Virus record (IMG/VR): IMGVR_UViG_3300021425_000134
Coordinates: 1 to 28,254 of that record
Direction: 5' to 3' (one strand)
Length of the DNA stretch: 28,254 nt
From: a virus
Taxonomy: Duplodnaviria > Caudoviricetes
Shown: in pieces, positions 8,554 to 18,800 of the stretch
How positions within the stretch are numbered: the first letter of the stretch is position 1
Layout: the number at the start of each line of letters is the position of its first letter
Made by a program: the position numbers and the translations under genes
Notes under the pieces: generated by a model
The model's database searches: none
Told to the model about the DNA's origin: nothing
The model's input: only the letters and a program-made list of their open reading frames with translations

Positions 8554-10865
8554 TGGCGGTAACGAACAGCAGCGGCGACCTGACGTTTACAAACACTGCC
8601 GGCAATCAAGCGATCGCTGAGTTGCCCCTGACCATCTCTGCTGGCGACGCATCACGTGCGCATACATTCAGTTTCACAGTGGGCCGGCGTCCGCTCTACT
8701 TCCGTGCCGGTACATCGTCAGGCGACCAGAGCATTGTGGCTGACACGATCTTTCCAGTCGGCACGCACTGGATTACGTTTACGCCTGGCTCAACCTCGAT
8801 TTACCTGCAGTTCTATCTGGACGATGCTGGCACAGCGACGCTGACCAGTTTCAACATCGAAGACAATCAGACAGTGGCGTTGCCTACGCCCTACAACACA
8901 GCTGACGACCTGCGTGCACTGCGTTTCGCCCAGTCTCTCAACACAATGTATTTTGCCAACGGCAATGATGAGATGCAGGTGTTTGAGCGGCGTGGGGTGA
9001 ACAGCTGGTCGTTCCGCCCGTTCCAACCGAACGATGGGCCGTTCCAAGGCTTGTCAGACGACACGGCGGCAATCACTATGACGCCCGCCGCCAAGACTGG
9101 CACCACGACAATTACCGCATCCACAGCCTACTTTGCGCAAGCGATGGATGGATCGCTGCTGCGCCTGACACACAGCGGCAGCTATGTCACCGACACGCTG
9201 TCCGCCCCAGAGGATGTCACTGCAGCTATTCAGATCAGCGGCGTCGAAAGCGATCGGAACTTTCGGTTCAATATCACGGGCACATGGACTGGATCGATCA
9301 CGTTGCAGCGAAGCGTAGGCAACGAGTTCACGTTCACCGATTACGCCACCTATACCACCAACGGCACGCGTTATCTCAGCGATGGCTTAGACAATCAGAT
9401 CATCTACTATCGCCTGAAAGCCACGTCACTGTCGTCAGGCTCCGCTGTGGGCGAGCTAATCTATGGGGCTGGGTACACAGATGGCGTGGCGCGGATCGTG
9501 TCTGTGGACGCTGACAACACCGTTACGGTCGACGTTCTGCAGCCATTCTCCACTACTGATGAGACAAACAACTGGAGCCTCGGGTCGTGGTCGTCCTACT
9601 ACGGACACCCCAGCGCAGTGGCGCTGTTTGATGGCAGGCTGTGGGTTGCGCGTGCTAGCAACTACTACGGCTCAGCGTCGGACAACTTCAGCAGTTTTGA
9701 GATCGGCGTGTTGGACAATCAGGCGATCAGTCGCCGGTTCGGTGGTCGCATGAATGAGGTGCGCTGGTTGGCTAGTGGGTCGCACCTGCTGGCTGGCCTG
9801 TCCGGTGGGGAGTATGAGATCCGGTCGAACGGGCGCGACGACGTGATCACGCCAGCAAACGTCAAGTCGCGCATCCAGTCCACGAAGGGATCAGCCAACA
9901 TCCAGCCGATCGTGCAGGACAGTAGCGTGGCGTTTGTGTCGAGATCGAAGGAACGGGTGTACCTGTTTGGGTACAGCAGCGACACAGGAGACTTGCAGAC
10001 CGACGACCTCACGAGGTTCAGCCGCACCATTGCCGGTGACGATGGGTTCCGCGAGATTGCATGGCAGGAGGAGCGCGAGCCCAGACTGTGGGCTGTGTTG
10101 GAGGATGGCACGATTGCTTGCCTGCTGTTCAACATGCGCGAGAGCATTGTGGCTTGGTCGAAGATCGACATAGGCGGCAGGGTCAGATCGATCGGTGTGC
10201 TGCCAGACACGCCGGCAGACAGGGTGTATGTGCTGGTTGAGCGAGAGGTAAACGGTAGCACCAACTACTACGTCGAACGTTTTGCAGTGGACGAATACAC
10301 GACACTGCAGGACAGCTGGCATCTGGCATCGGCACTGAGCACGACACTGGGCAGTGAAACAAACACGTTCAGCAATCTGGACCACCTCGAAGGCGAAGAG
10401 GTTTATGCGTGGCTGAATGGGCAGGCCAGTGGCCCGCACACTGTGACCAGTGGCTCTATCACGACATCGTTCTCTGGCACCAAGGCAATCGTCGGGCTGT
10501 TAATGGAAGGGCGCTACCGCAGTGGCCGGCTCGGCGGACCGGAAGCGATGGGGCGCAAGGTAAAGGTCTCAAGCTTCGACATGCTGTTCAAGGATACGGC
10601 AGCGGGCGCTGTGTCGTGGGGAAGCAGCTATGAAAGCGCAGACCTGAACCAGCTGGAGGATCGTGTGCAAATGTCCTTCACGGATGCCAGCCTTTCGTTC
10701 GACAGTCAGCTGCAGGTGTATGGCGCCAATGACGAACCATATTTCTATGAGGGCTTCGTCAACAGTGGATACGAGGTGGATCAGAGGTTCTACCTGAAGA
10801 TGTCGACACCTGGCCCAGCCACCGTTTTGTCTGTGGTTCCAAACATCACATTCAACCAGAAATGA
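8553..10865 (+). CDS. tail tubular protein B / nozzle, main C-terminal part
   Basis: LPTPY...LRFAQS, WSLGSWSSYYGHPSAVALFDGRLW, AWSKI, YVERF and LDHLEGEEV are gp12-like beta-propeller motifs; TAATG overlap with the N-terminal fragment. Confidence 0.88.
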   Translation: MAVTNSSGDLTFTNTAGNQAIAELPLTISAGDASRAHTFSFTVGRRPLYFRAGTSSGDQSIVADTIFPVGTHWITFTPGSTSIYLQFYLDDAGTATLTSFNIEDNQTVALPTPYNTADDLRALRFAQSLNTMYFANGNDEMQVFERRGVNSWSFRPFQPNDGPFQGLSDDTAAITMTPAAKTGTTTITASTAYFAQAMDGSLLRLTHSGSYVTDTLSAPEDVTAAIQISGVESDRNFRFNITGTWTGSITLQRSVGNEFTFTDYATYTTNGTRYLSDGLDNQIIYYRLKATSLSSGSAVGELIYGAGYTDGVARIVSVDADNTVTVDVLQPFSTTDETNNWSLGSWSSYYGHPSAVALFDGRLWVARASNYYGSASDNFSSFEIGVLDNQAISRRFGGRMNEVRWLASGSHLLAGLSGGEYEIRSNGRDDVITPANVKSRIQSTKGSANIQPIVQDSSVAFVSRSKERVYLFGYSSDTGDLQTDDLTRFSRTIAGDDGFREIAWQEEREPRLWAVLEDGTIACLLFNMRESIVAWSKIDIGGRVRSIGVLPDTPADRVYVLVEREVNGSTNYYVERFAVDEYTTLQDSWHLASALSTTLGSETNTFSNLDHLEGEEVYAWLNGQASGPHTVTSGSITTSFSGTKAIVGLLMEGRYRSGRLGGPEAMGRKVKVSSFDMLFKDTAAGAVSWGSSYESADLNQLEDRVQMSFTDASLSFDSQLQVYGANDEPYFYEGFVNSGYEVDQRFYLKMSTPGPATVLSVVPNITFNQK

Positions 10866-11311
10866 CGCACCAATACACAGTCGTGCCAATGACTGATGAG
10901 CACTGGTCGAGCATGTGGCCCGATCAGGATCTGGCGACAGCGAAGTTTGGTTTCACCGGTTTGCGCCCTGATGGCAGCATCCTGTTTCTGGGCGGGCTGA
11001 TGTATTGGATCGACCGTTGGTGGGCCACATTTTGGTGTGATGACGACCCGCCTATTTCCGTTCACCGCTATGGGTTTATTGTGCTGGGTATCGCACGCAG
11101 AGAAGGTATACCGGAGGTGTGGGCGCAGACGGCAATAGACCACGACGTCGGCGAGCGTTGGGTCCAGCGCCACGGGTTTCAATTAGTCGAGCAGTTAGAT
11201 GCGGCTCGTATTTGGAGGTTAGACTTTGGCAGAACCGGTCTCAATGACGATGGCGTTGGCTGGCACAGCGATGTCAGCGATGGGACAATACCAGCAGGGT
11301 CAGGCAGCTAA
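10862..11311 (+). CDS. T7 gp13-like / GNAT-fold-like small protein
   Basis: Position after the nozzle; ERWVQRHGF resembles the GNAT-like WLxxLGF motif. Confidence 0.55.
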   Translation: MTHQYTVVPMTDEHWSSMWPDQDLATAKFGFTGLRPDGSILFLGGLMYWIDRWWATFWCDDDPPISVHRYGFIVLGIARREGIPEVWAQTAIDHDVGERWVQRHGFQLVEQLDAARIWRLDFGRTGLNDDGVGWHSDVSDGTIPAGSGS

Positions 11312-11729
11312 AGCAGCGGGGCGATACAATCAGCAGGCAGCTGAGGCAGAAGCTAAGCGACTAGAGATGGCGGCGACTGCAGCGGTCGCTGAGGGGACAC
11401 ACAAGCAGGCAGCAATCGCGCGCGAGCAGAAGAGGGCGATGGCGTCTCAGATTGCAGCAGCAGCAGCCGGCGGCGGCGACAGCACCGACGCTACAGCGAT
11501 AGCGTTTCAGAGAGAGGGGGCAGCCAACGCGCTGCTGGATCAACTGGTCGTGGCTGCACAGTCGGAGGCAGAGGCACAAGACCTGCGATATGGTGCTGGC
11601 ATGAAGCGGATCGAAGGATACGAGGCGCGCCGGCAAGGCGACATGGCGGCACGTGCTGGAACTATGAGCGCACTGGGTAGCGCGATCCAAGGCGGAATGT
11701 CTTGGTATGACACGTTTGGAAAACCATAA
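11226..11729 (+). CDS. internal virion (ejection) protein, T7 gp14-like
   Basis: TTG start with GGAGG at 11214-11218; hydrophobic Ala/Gly N-terminus, Q/A-rich helices. Confidence 0.8.
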   Translation: MAEPVSMTMALAGTAMSAMGQYQQGQAAKAAGRYNQQAAEAEAKRLEMAATAAVAEGTHKQAAIAREQKRAMASQIAAAAAGGGDSTDATAIAFQREGAANALLDQLVVAAQSEAEAQDLRYGAGMKRIEGYEARRQGDMAARAGTMSALGSAIQGGMSWYDTFGKP

Positions 11730-13441
11730 TGCCAACTATACCAGAATACCGACGTCAGGTTGCACCAGAGATACAGGGGCCACGCCAGATCGCCAGCGTG
11801 CGAATGAGCGGCGCTGATCCGGCTGCTGCGGCTACCGCAAAGCTTGGCGAGACAATGTCTCAGCTAGCGATCAAGACGAGTCAGGCGCGACAGATGGCTG
11901 AGGTGGCAAAGAGTGAGGTTCAGTTTCAGCAAGACCTGAGCGGGCTGATGCAGGATATCAAGTCGGATCCCAGCATAAGTGGTGACGATGTTGAGGCAGT
12001 ATTTGCGGAGCGCTCACAGGAGCTGATGAACCAGCGCACTGAGCAGATGCAATCGCCCTTCGCGCGCAGAAACTGGGAGGTTCAGGCGTCCAAGACGCAG
12101 GGCCAGTTCGGCTTGCGGGCAATGGCGCTGGCTGGCGAGAAGCGGCTGGGTCAGGCAAAGGCAGACCTGACCGATTTGGAAACAACTATCCAACAGCTGG
12201 CCACCGACCCGACTGTGCCAATGCAGCAAGTTACGGATGCCATTCTAAACTTGAACGCAACAATTAGCGGCTTCGTGGCAACAGGTGTCTTGCCTCAAGA
12301 GCAGGGTGCAGAAATGCGCCAACAGACGGCAGGGCTGCTGCAACGAGCAGAAGGATTGCGTGCTTCAGACAGTGTCATTCAGGCTCTTAACAACGATGAC
12401 TGGCAAACTGCTGAAGCCGCCATAGAAAGCGGCAAGCAATACCTGACGCCAGAACAGGTGGATCAATACACACAGCGCACAGAGAAAATCCGCATCGACC
12501 AGACTGCACTCCGCACCGTGGCTGATTACGAGCTACGCTATGGGACGAATTGGGATCAGATGCTTGCGGAGGCTGACGAGATACAGGACGATGATCTTCG
12601 GCGTGCAGTGCAGACGGGGGTGGCGCAGGCTCAGACACTGCACGAGAGAGAGGTCAACGCTGGTCAGAAGCGTTCGTTCCTTGAGGGGCTGGACATCTTT
12701 AACAACACAGGAAACCTGAACAGCATTCCAGCATCCACGTTCGATGGGATGGGAGATATCTATGAGCGGCGCTTGCGCGGGTATCATGAAGCGAACGTGC
12801 GCTTCCTGCGGTACGTATCAGACGCCGATCGTGCCGCGCGGGAGCGGTTGGGAAGAGACATGCAGGGCGTCTTCCTGTTGGAGCAAGCGACGTACAGGAA
12901 CACTGGGCGGGCTGGTTTGTACATGCAGGGGCCTGACGCGTGGGACCGTGCGCTTGAGGCAGGAGAAAGTAGTGCGCTGCTCGATGCATGGGCAACGTTG
13001 ACGCCGGCACAAAAGATTACGGTAGAAACGGGTTGGTTTAACTTCACAGCGGAGACTGGCGAGCAAAACCAAAAGTTGATGGCAGCGATCCATCAAGGCG
13101 CCATGTACAATCAAAACTTTCCGATGGTTGGCTACGAGCCAATCGATGATAAAATGTTTAGACCAATACCTGGCGCAAGCCGCGACATTTTTAATGTTCG
13201 GATGCCCACACTGCCGGAAAAACCAAACAAAACAGAAAGGGGAGGATACGCAGCGGAAATGGCGCGCTACAGGAAATCGGCACAAGCTTTGGGTCTGTAC
13301 AACCGGCTCATTCAGGAGCGCTTTAACGAAGCACCGGACCGGCCGATTTCGTCGGATGAGTACCAAGTGATGCAAGCACTAGCACTAACCCAAGTTTACC
13401 CTGAACTTTTTTATGACCCGTCCAATAGGCCGCAGGACTGA
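11729..13441 (+). CDS. internal virion (ejection) protein, gp15-like position
   Basis: MPTIPEY start, helical Q/A/E-rich composition, coupled at both ends (TAATG, TGATG). Confidence 0.7.
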   Translation: MPTIPEYRRQVAPEIQGPRQIASVRMSGADPAAAATAKLGETMSQLAIKTSQARQMAEVAKSEVQFQQDLSGLMQDIKSDPSISGDDVEAVFAERSQELMNQRTEQMQSPFARRNWEVQASKTQGQFGLRAMALAGEKRLGQAKADLTDLETTIQQLATDPTVPMQQVTDAILNLNATISGFVATGVLPQEQGAEMRQQTAGLLQRAEGLRASDSVIQALNNDDWQTAEAAIESGKQYLTPEQVDQYTQRTEKIRIDQTALRTVADYELRYGTNWDQMLAEADEIQDDDLRRAVQTGVAQAQTLHEREVNAGQKRSFLEGLDIFNNTGNLNSIPASTFDGMGDIYERRLRGYHEANVRFLRYVSDADRAARERLGRDMQGVFLLEQATYRNTGRAGLYMQGPDAWDRALEAGESSALLDAWATLTPAQKITVETGWFNFTAETGEQNQKLMAAIHQGAMYNQNFPMVGYEPIDDKMFRPIPGASRDIFNVRMPTLPEKPNKTERGGYAAEMARYRKSAQALGLYNRLIQERFNEAPDRPISSDEYQVMQALALTQVYPELFYDPSNRPQD

Positions 13442-15501
13442 TGATGGAGTGGGACGAGCTAGAGCAATACGATGATGTCGGCGGATTATACGATGACGTC
13501 GGCAGTGCAGACGCGTTCTCTAACCCATACCGTACGCGTGATGAGCTGCAGGGTGACTATCGGCGGCGTCGTTACGAAGAGCAAAAGGCGCAGCTGTTTT
13601 ATAATCTGCAGCAGGAGCGACGCGATCCCGATGCGGTAGCAAAAGACCTTGAGCTGGCTCGACGGTATGGTGCTCCGCCTGCGATGGTTTCTGCCGCACG
13701 TGAGCAGATAGATGAAAGCGACCGGACGCGAAACGTCCTAGAGATGCCGAACAGGGCGCCATTCACCGCAGAGTATTTTGCGCGGCAGGATCAGTGGGCT
13801 ATTTCGAATGATGAGATGCCGATCCTCGAAGGCATGGAAGTTCGGATCAAAGAGACGCCTAAGCTTGGCGAGCAACTGCTGAACTTTGGGCAGGGTACGG
13901 CCGCGACCTACTATATTGATTTCATCAACGCGACAGACAGTTTTGATGCGCTAGCACAACGCACTCTTTTTCAAGGCCTCAACAATGTGCAGTCGGCCGC
14001 GCAGCGTTATATCTTTGGCGGAGAGTATGAGCCGTACCTCCGCATTGGACCTGCCGAGGGAGAGCTGACGCCTACAGAAGCGAGGATTTTAGAACGCCGA
14101 CGCGTAGCTGAGGATTTTGCCTTCAAGTTTGAAAACGCAAACTATCAAGCGATCTACTCTGGCACCCGCTCTATTCCGCGCATGATACCAGCGATTGCTG
14201 CAGGTATGGTGACAGCAAACCCTGGCGTTGCCGCAGCTGTCGCCGGCGCAACTACTGCTGGGGAAAGCTATATCGAGGGTATAGATCAAGGGCTCGAAGT
14301 GGATAGTGCGCTGCAGCGTGCATATGCAATGGGCGCGGTCGAGACAGCGACAAGCAGGCTGCCGTTTGAAATGCTGTTTGGCAAAAGTCAGCGCGGCAAA
14401 AGCATGACCCGCCGGTTCCTCGAAAGCATGGCGGTCGAACAGGTAGAGGAGGCAGTCGCTGAGGAAGCGCAAGCGTTTATCGATCTGGCTTTCTTGGATC
14501 GCGACAAGTCGATAGAGGACTGGGCCCGTGCTGTCATTGATCCCGCGCGCCGGCGCGATGTTGCTCTGGCGACCCTAGCAGCGTCAGGTCCGATCAACGC
14601 TACCGTTCTCGCTATGGAAAAACGCAGCCTGCAGAAGTTCGACGAACGGATGCGAGCAACGCTAACACCTGAAGGTCAAACGCTGTACGATCATCTGCGC
14701 GATATGTCCAAGATGAAAACGTATGATCGCGACCGGACGGCGGCTGAGGGTTTCGTAGAGGATGTAACGAAGGACACGCCGCTGGAGACAACGGTCGTCG
14801 ACGTTGATGGCATTGTGAATGATCTGCAGCAGGCTGGGATCGATCCAGATGATTATCTGCGCAAGCTTGGTTTGAGCGATCAACAGATTGCAGATGCCAA
14901 GGCGGGCGTTGGGTTAGAGGTTGAGGTGCCAACTGGTCAGCTGTTTGAAGCAGCGCGCGACAATCTGACTGTGCTGCAGCGTAACACTAAAACCAACACG
15001 CCTGGCCAGTCGACGATGAGCCAACGTGAAGCGATCATGGTTGAGGAGATCGCTAACGTTGTCGCGCAGCTGCAGGAGCGTGCAGGAATTAGCGGAGAGC
15101 AAAAGCTTAACGCTGAGGTCATCAAACAAACGATGATCGAAAACCTTACGCGCATCTTCACGGTCGAGGCTGAACAGAAAGGTTCGGACATATCGCAAGA
15201 GCAAGTGCGGGAGAGCGCGACCACGTGGGCTAGCATCATCACTACGATGGCGGCTGAAGCTAACGTCGACCCTGTCGAGCTGTACAATCAGATTGCCCCC
15301 ACCGTTGCCGGCATGACGCTGGAGGGGCAGACCATATTTACGCGCGACACCGAGGCCGATGAGCTGATGGAGGCGGATGAGTGGCGTACCAAGCAAGTGG
15401 ACGTTGATGGCGAAACGCGCAACGCTGGTGACGTGTTTGACGATTTCATGGACCGCAAGATGTATGCGGAAGATTTTCTGGACTGTTTGAAAGGTAACTG
15501 A
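13441..15501 (+). CDS. large internal virion (ejection) protein, N-terminal part
   Basis: Ala/Gly-rich hydrophobic segment (IPAIAAGMVTANPGVAAAVAGATTAG) and EQVEEAVAE motif typical of gp16-like ejection proteins; ends EDFLDCLKGN. Confidence 0.75.
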   Translation: MMEWDELEQYDDVGGLYDDVGSADAFSNPYRTRDELQGDYRRRRYEEQKAQLFYNLQQERRDPDAVAKDLELARRYGAPPAMVSAAREQIDESDRTRNVLEMPNRAPFTAEYFARQDQWAISNDEMPILEGMEVRIKETPKLGEQLLNFGQGTAATYYIDFINATDSFDALAQRTLFQGLNNVQSAAQRYIFGGEYEPYLRIGPAEGELTPTEARILERRRVAEDFAFKFENANYQAIYSGTRSIPRMIPAIAAGMVTANPGVAAAVAGATTAGESYIEGIDQGLEVDSALQRAYAMGAVETATSRLPFEMLFGKSQRGKSMTRRFLESMAVEQVEEAVAEEAQAFIDLAFLDRDKSIEDWARAVIDPARRRDVALATLAASGPINATVLAMEKRSLQKFDERMRATLTPEGQTLYDHLRDMSKMKTYDRDRTAAEGFVEDVTKDTPLETTVVDVDGIVNDLQQAGIDPDDYLRKLGLSDQQIADAKAGVGLEVEVPTGQLFEAARDNLTVLQRNTKTNTPGQSTMSQREAIMVEEIANVVAQLQERAGISGEQKLNAEVIKQTMIENLTRIFTVEAEQKGSDISQEQVRESATTWASIITTMAAEANVDPVELYNQIAPTVAGMTLEGQTIFTRDTEADELMEADEWRTKQVDVDGETRNAGDVFDDFMDRKMYAEDFLDCLKGN

Positions 15502-15872
15502 TGAGAGACCTGTACGAAAACCGGATCCGATCGCGAGCCGCACCAGTTCAGCCCAAGGGCATGAAGGAAGTCACATACACTGTGCAACATGTAGGCCTCG
15601 ACGAGGCAGACCTCAGAGCACAGCTGGACGAGCAGACGTCCCTGATGGTGCAGAGGATGGCAGCGCTGCAGGATGAAATGACGCGCCGCATGGAAGCGAT
15701 TGTCAGCGCAATCCCTGAACAGGTTGAGATCCCAGAGATGCCGACACTCGATGTGGGTGAGGTGCAGGCTGCAGTCGAGCAGGCAATCGAGCAGCGGGTC
15801 ACCGGCTATGACGTCACCATAACGCGTGACGCTGAAGGTCGGATCACAGGAGCGGAGGCGACGCCGAAATGA
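15501..15872 (+). CDS. coiled-coil protein with C-terminal TITRDAEGRITG hairpin; possible fibre adaptor
   Basis: Coupled at both ends (TGATG, ATGA); heptad-like middle region. Confidence 0.7.
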   Translation: MRDLYENRIRSRAAPVQPKGMKEVTYTVQHVGLDEADLRAQLDEQTSLMVQRMAALQDEMTRRMEAIVSAIPEQVEIPEMPTLDVGEVQAAVEQAIEQRVTGYDVTITRDAEGRITGAEATPK

Positions 15873-18800
15873 TTGTCATTAAGGGCACCGATGCCGATAC
15901 CAATATCTACAACAGTAACGGCACGCTATCAGCCAACCGCACCCTGACACTGGGCAGCAACACGCTGACAGTTAGCGGCTCAGCTGGCACAGCGGGGGTC
16001 CAGTATGGCGGCGACTATAGTGCCAACTTTACCGCGCGATCGCTAGTCGATCTCGGCTATGTCGATGCACACCTTGTGGGCGCCGATGTATCATCCACCT
16101 TAGCTGCACCTACTAGCGCGCAGCAGGGTTACAGCGTCACGTGGGATAACACGAACAGTCGGTTCACGCTGTCGGACGTGTCGGGCTCTGGGGGCGGTGG
16201 CACTGGTACAGTTACATCGGTGACAGGCACTGGTACGGTCAGCGGCATTACGTTGAGCGGCACTGGCACGACTGATGTGACGCTGACGCTGGGTGGCACT
16301 CTCAGCATCACTGAGAGCCAGATCAGCGACTTCGGAGATTACCTGCCGCTGACGGGCGGATCGCTTACTGGTGACGTTGACAGCACGGCTAACATCGAAG
16401 CTGTCGAGTTTGTCGGCGACCTGCGTGGCGCGGTGCTGTTCAAGGCGCAGGCGGGCGAGGCGTTGACCAAAGGTGAGGTCGTTTATATTAGCGGCATCAG
16501 CGGCAACACGACCGTGGTTAGCAAAGCAGATGCAGATGACGCAAACAAAATGCCGGCGTTCGGTGTCGTCGCCGCCGACGCGAGCCTCAACACGGCTGTT
16601 AATATTTACACGTTCGGCACGCTCAGCAATCTCAACACATCCGGCTATACGCTGGGCGATACGCTCTATGTCGGCACGACACCTGGCGCACTGGTCAGCA
16701 CCCCGCCGGCCGGCCAAAGCAGTCTCATCCAAAACATCGCGAAAGTTACTCGCGTGGATAATTCAGCCGGCAGCATCAAGATCCAAGGAGCGGGACGAAC
16801 GAACGCAGTTCCGAACCTAAACGAGGGCAACGTATTTATAGGTAACGCGAGCAATCAGGCGGAAGTGCGGGCGCTGGTTGAAGCGGACATCAGTGACTTT
16901 GGCACATACCTCACCAGTTTCACTGAGACCAACGATCTAACAGCTGCCGTCACTTGGGCAAACGTGCCGGATGCCAACATTACGCAATCAAGCGTTACGC
17001 AACATCAAGCAGCGCTGTCGATTACCGAAAGCCAGATCAGTGATCTGGGAACATATTTGACAGGCAACGAAACAATCACGCTGTCTGGTGACGTGTCGGG
17101 TTCAGGCACAACGTCAATCGTGGTGACGGTAGCAGACGACAGCCATAATCATATTATTTCAAATGTTGACGGTTTGCAGGCTGCGTTGGATTTAAAAGCG
17201 CCATTAGCGTCACCTGCGCTAACTGGCACACCAACTGCACCAACAGCAGCCACAGCAACAAACACAACGCAGATTGCAACGACAGCATTTGTCAAAGCTC
17301 AAGGTTACCTGACCAGTTTCACCGAGACTAACGACCTGACGGCGGCGGTGACGTGGGCCAACGTACCAAATGCCAACATCACACAGTCCAGTGTCACGCA
17401 GCACCAAGCAGCGCTGTCTATTACAGAAAGCCAGATCAGTGACTTTGGTACATACGCCACACTGGTTGGCGGTACGGTTCCGGCCAGTCAGCTGCCGTCC
17501 TATGTCGATGATGTTGTTGAGGCTGCAGGCACTGGCAACTTCCCAGCCACGGGTGAGACCGACAAGATATATGTGGATACCAGCGCCAACAAAACGTATC
17601 GCTGGTCTGGCTCACAGTATGTGGAGATCAGCGCTTCGCCTGGCTCAACAGACGAGGTTACCGAGGGCAGCACCAATCTGTATTTCACCAACGCTCGCGC
17701 TCGCGCAGCGATCAGTGTCAGTGGCTCACTCAGCTACGACAGCGGCACAGGTGTCATCAGCTACACTCAGCCTACCAATGTTAGCACGTTTACAAACGAC
17801 AGCGGTTATATAACGGCAAGCAGCACAGCGACGTTGACGAACAAGTCTGGCAACATCTCGCAGTGGACTAATGACAGTGGCTACCTGACCAGCGAGACAA
17901 GCCATGCTGACGTGGTCGTTGATGCGGACTTTGCATCGCAGGGTCTGATGCGGCGCGGCGCAACGGCAGGCTCATACTCTATAGTCACAGACAATAGCGC
18001 AAACTGGAACACCGCGTTTGGGTGGGGAGATCATGCGGCGGCTGGATACCTAACAAGCTTCACCGAAACAAATGATCTGACAGCAGCGGTGACGTGGGCG
18101 AACGTGCCTAACGCTAACATCACGCAAAGCAGCGTGACGCAGCATCAGGCGGCACTATCGATTACCGAGAGCCAGATCAGCGATCTTGGAAACTACAGCG
18201 CTGTGACGAGTGGCGCGGGTGTGCCCAGCACAACGCCAGCAGCGCTCGGTGACATCTATATCGACACCACAAATGACGACGCCTACATCGCCGTTGGCAC
18301 GGCCAGTTCTGCTGATTGGGAAAAGTCAAACGACGGCGGCGGGGGCGGCGGCAGTGGTACGGTGACCAGTGTTTCAGGCACGGGGACAGTGTCTGGCATA
18401 TCCCTGTCTGGTACGGTCACAACATCAGGATCCCTCACCCTTGGCGGCACACTGGCCGCAGATACCAGCAACATAACCACTGGCACGTTTGCTGACGCAC
18501 GGATTGCAGAAAGCAACGTGACCCAGCACCAAGCTGCGCTGTCCATAACGGAGAGCCAGATCAGTGATCTGGGCGCGTACATCACAGCCAGCAGCACGGA
18601 TACGCTGACCAATAAATCAGGCAACATCAGCCAGTGGACTAACGACAGTGGCTACACCACCAACACAGGCACGGTCACATCGGTGGGTGGCACGGGCACA
18701 GTCAATGGCCTGACCCTTTCGGGTACAGTCACAACGAGCGGCAATCTTACGCTGGGCGGATCGGTGAGCGGCAGCCTGACGGGCGTCACCAGCGTTTATA

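Noticed and set aside
11729-15501. Lytic transglycosylase or lysozyme domain in the ejection proteins
   Set aside because: No convincing catalytic motif found by eye; such a domain may lie beyond the window.
16907-18574. Fibre repeats as a DGR template/variable pair or a CRISPR array
   Set aside because: Differences are at synonymous positions rather than adenine-specific, all copies are in-frame coding, and no reverse transcriptase or cas gene is in the window.
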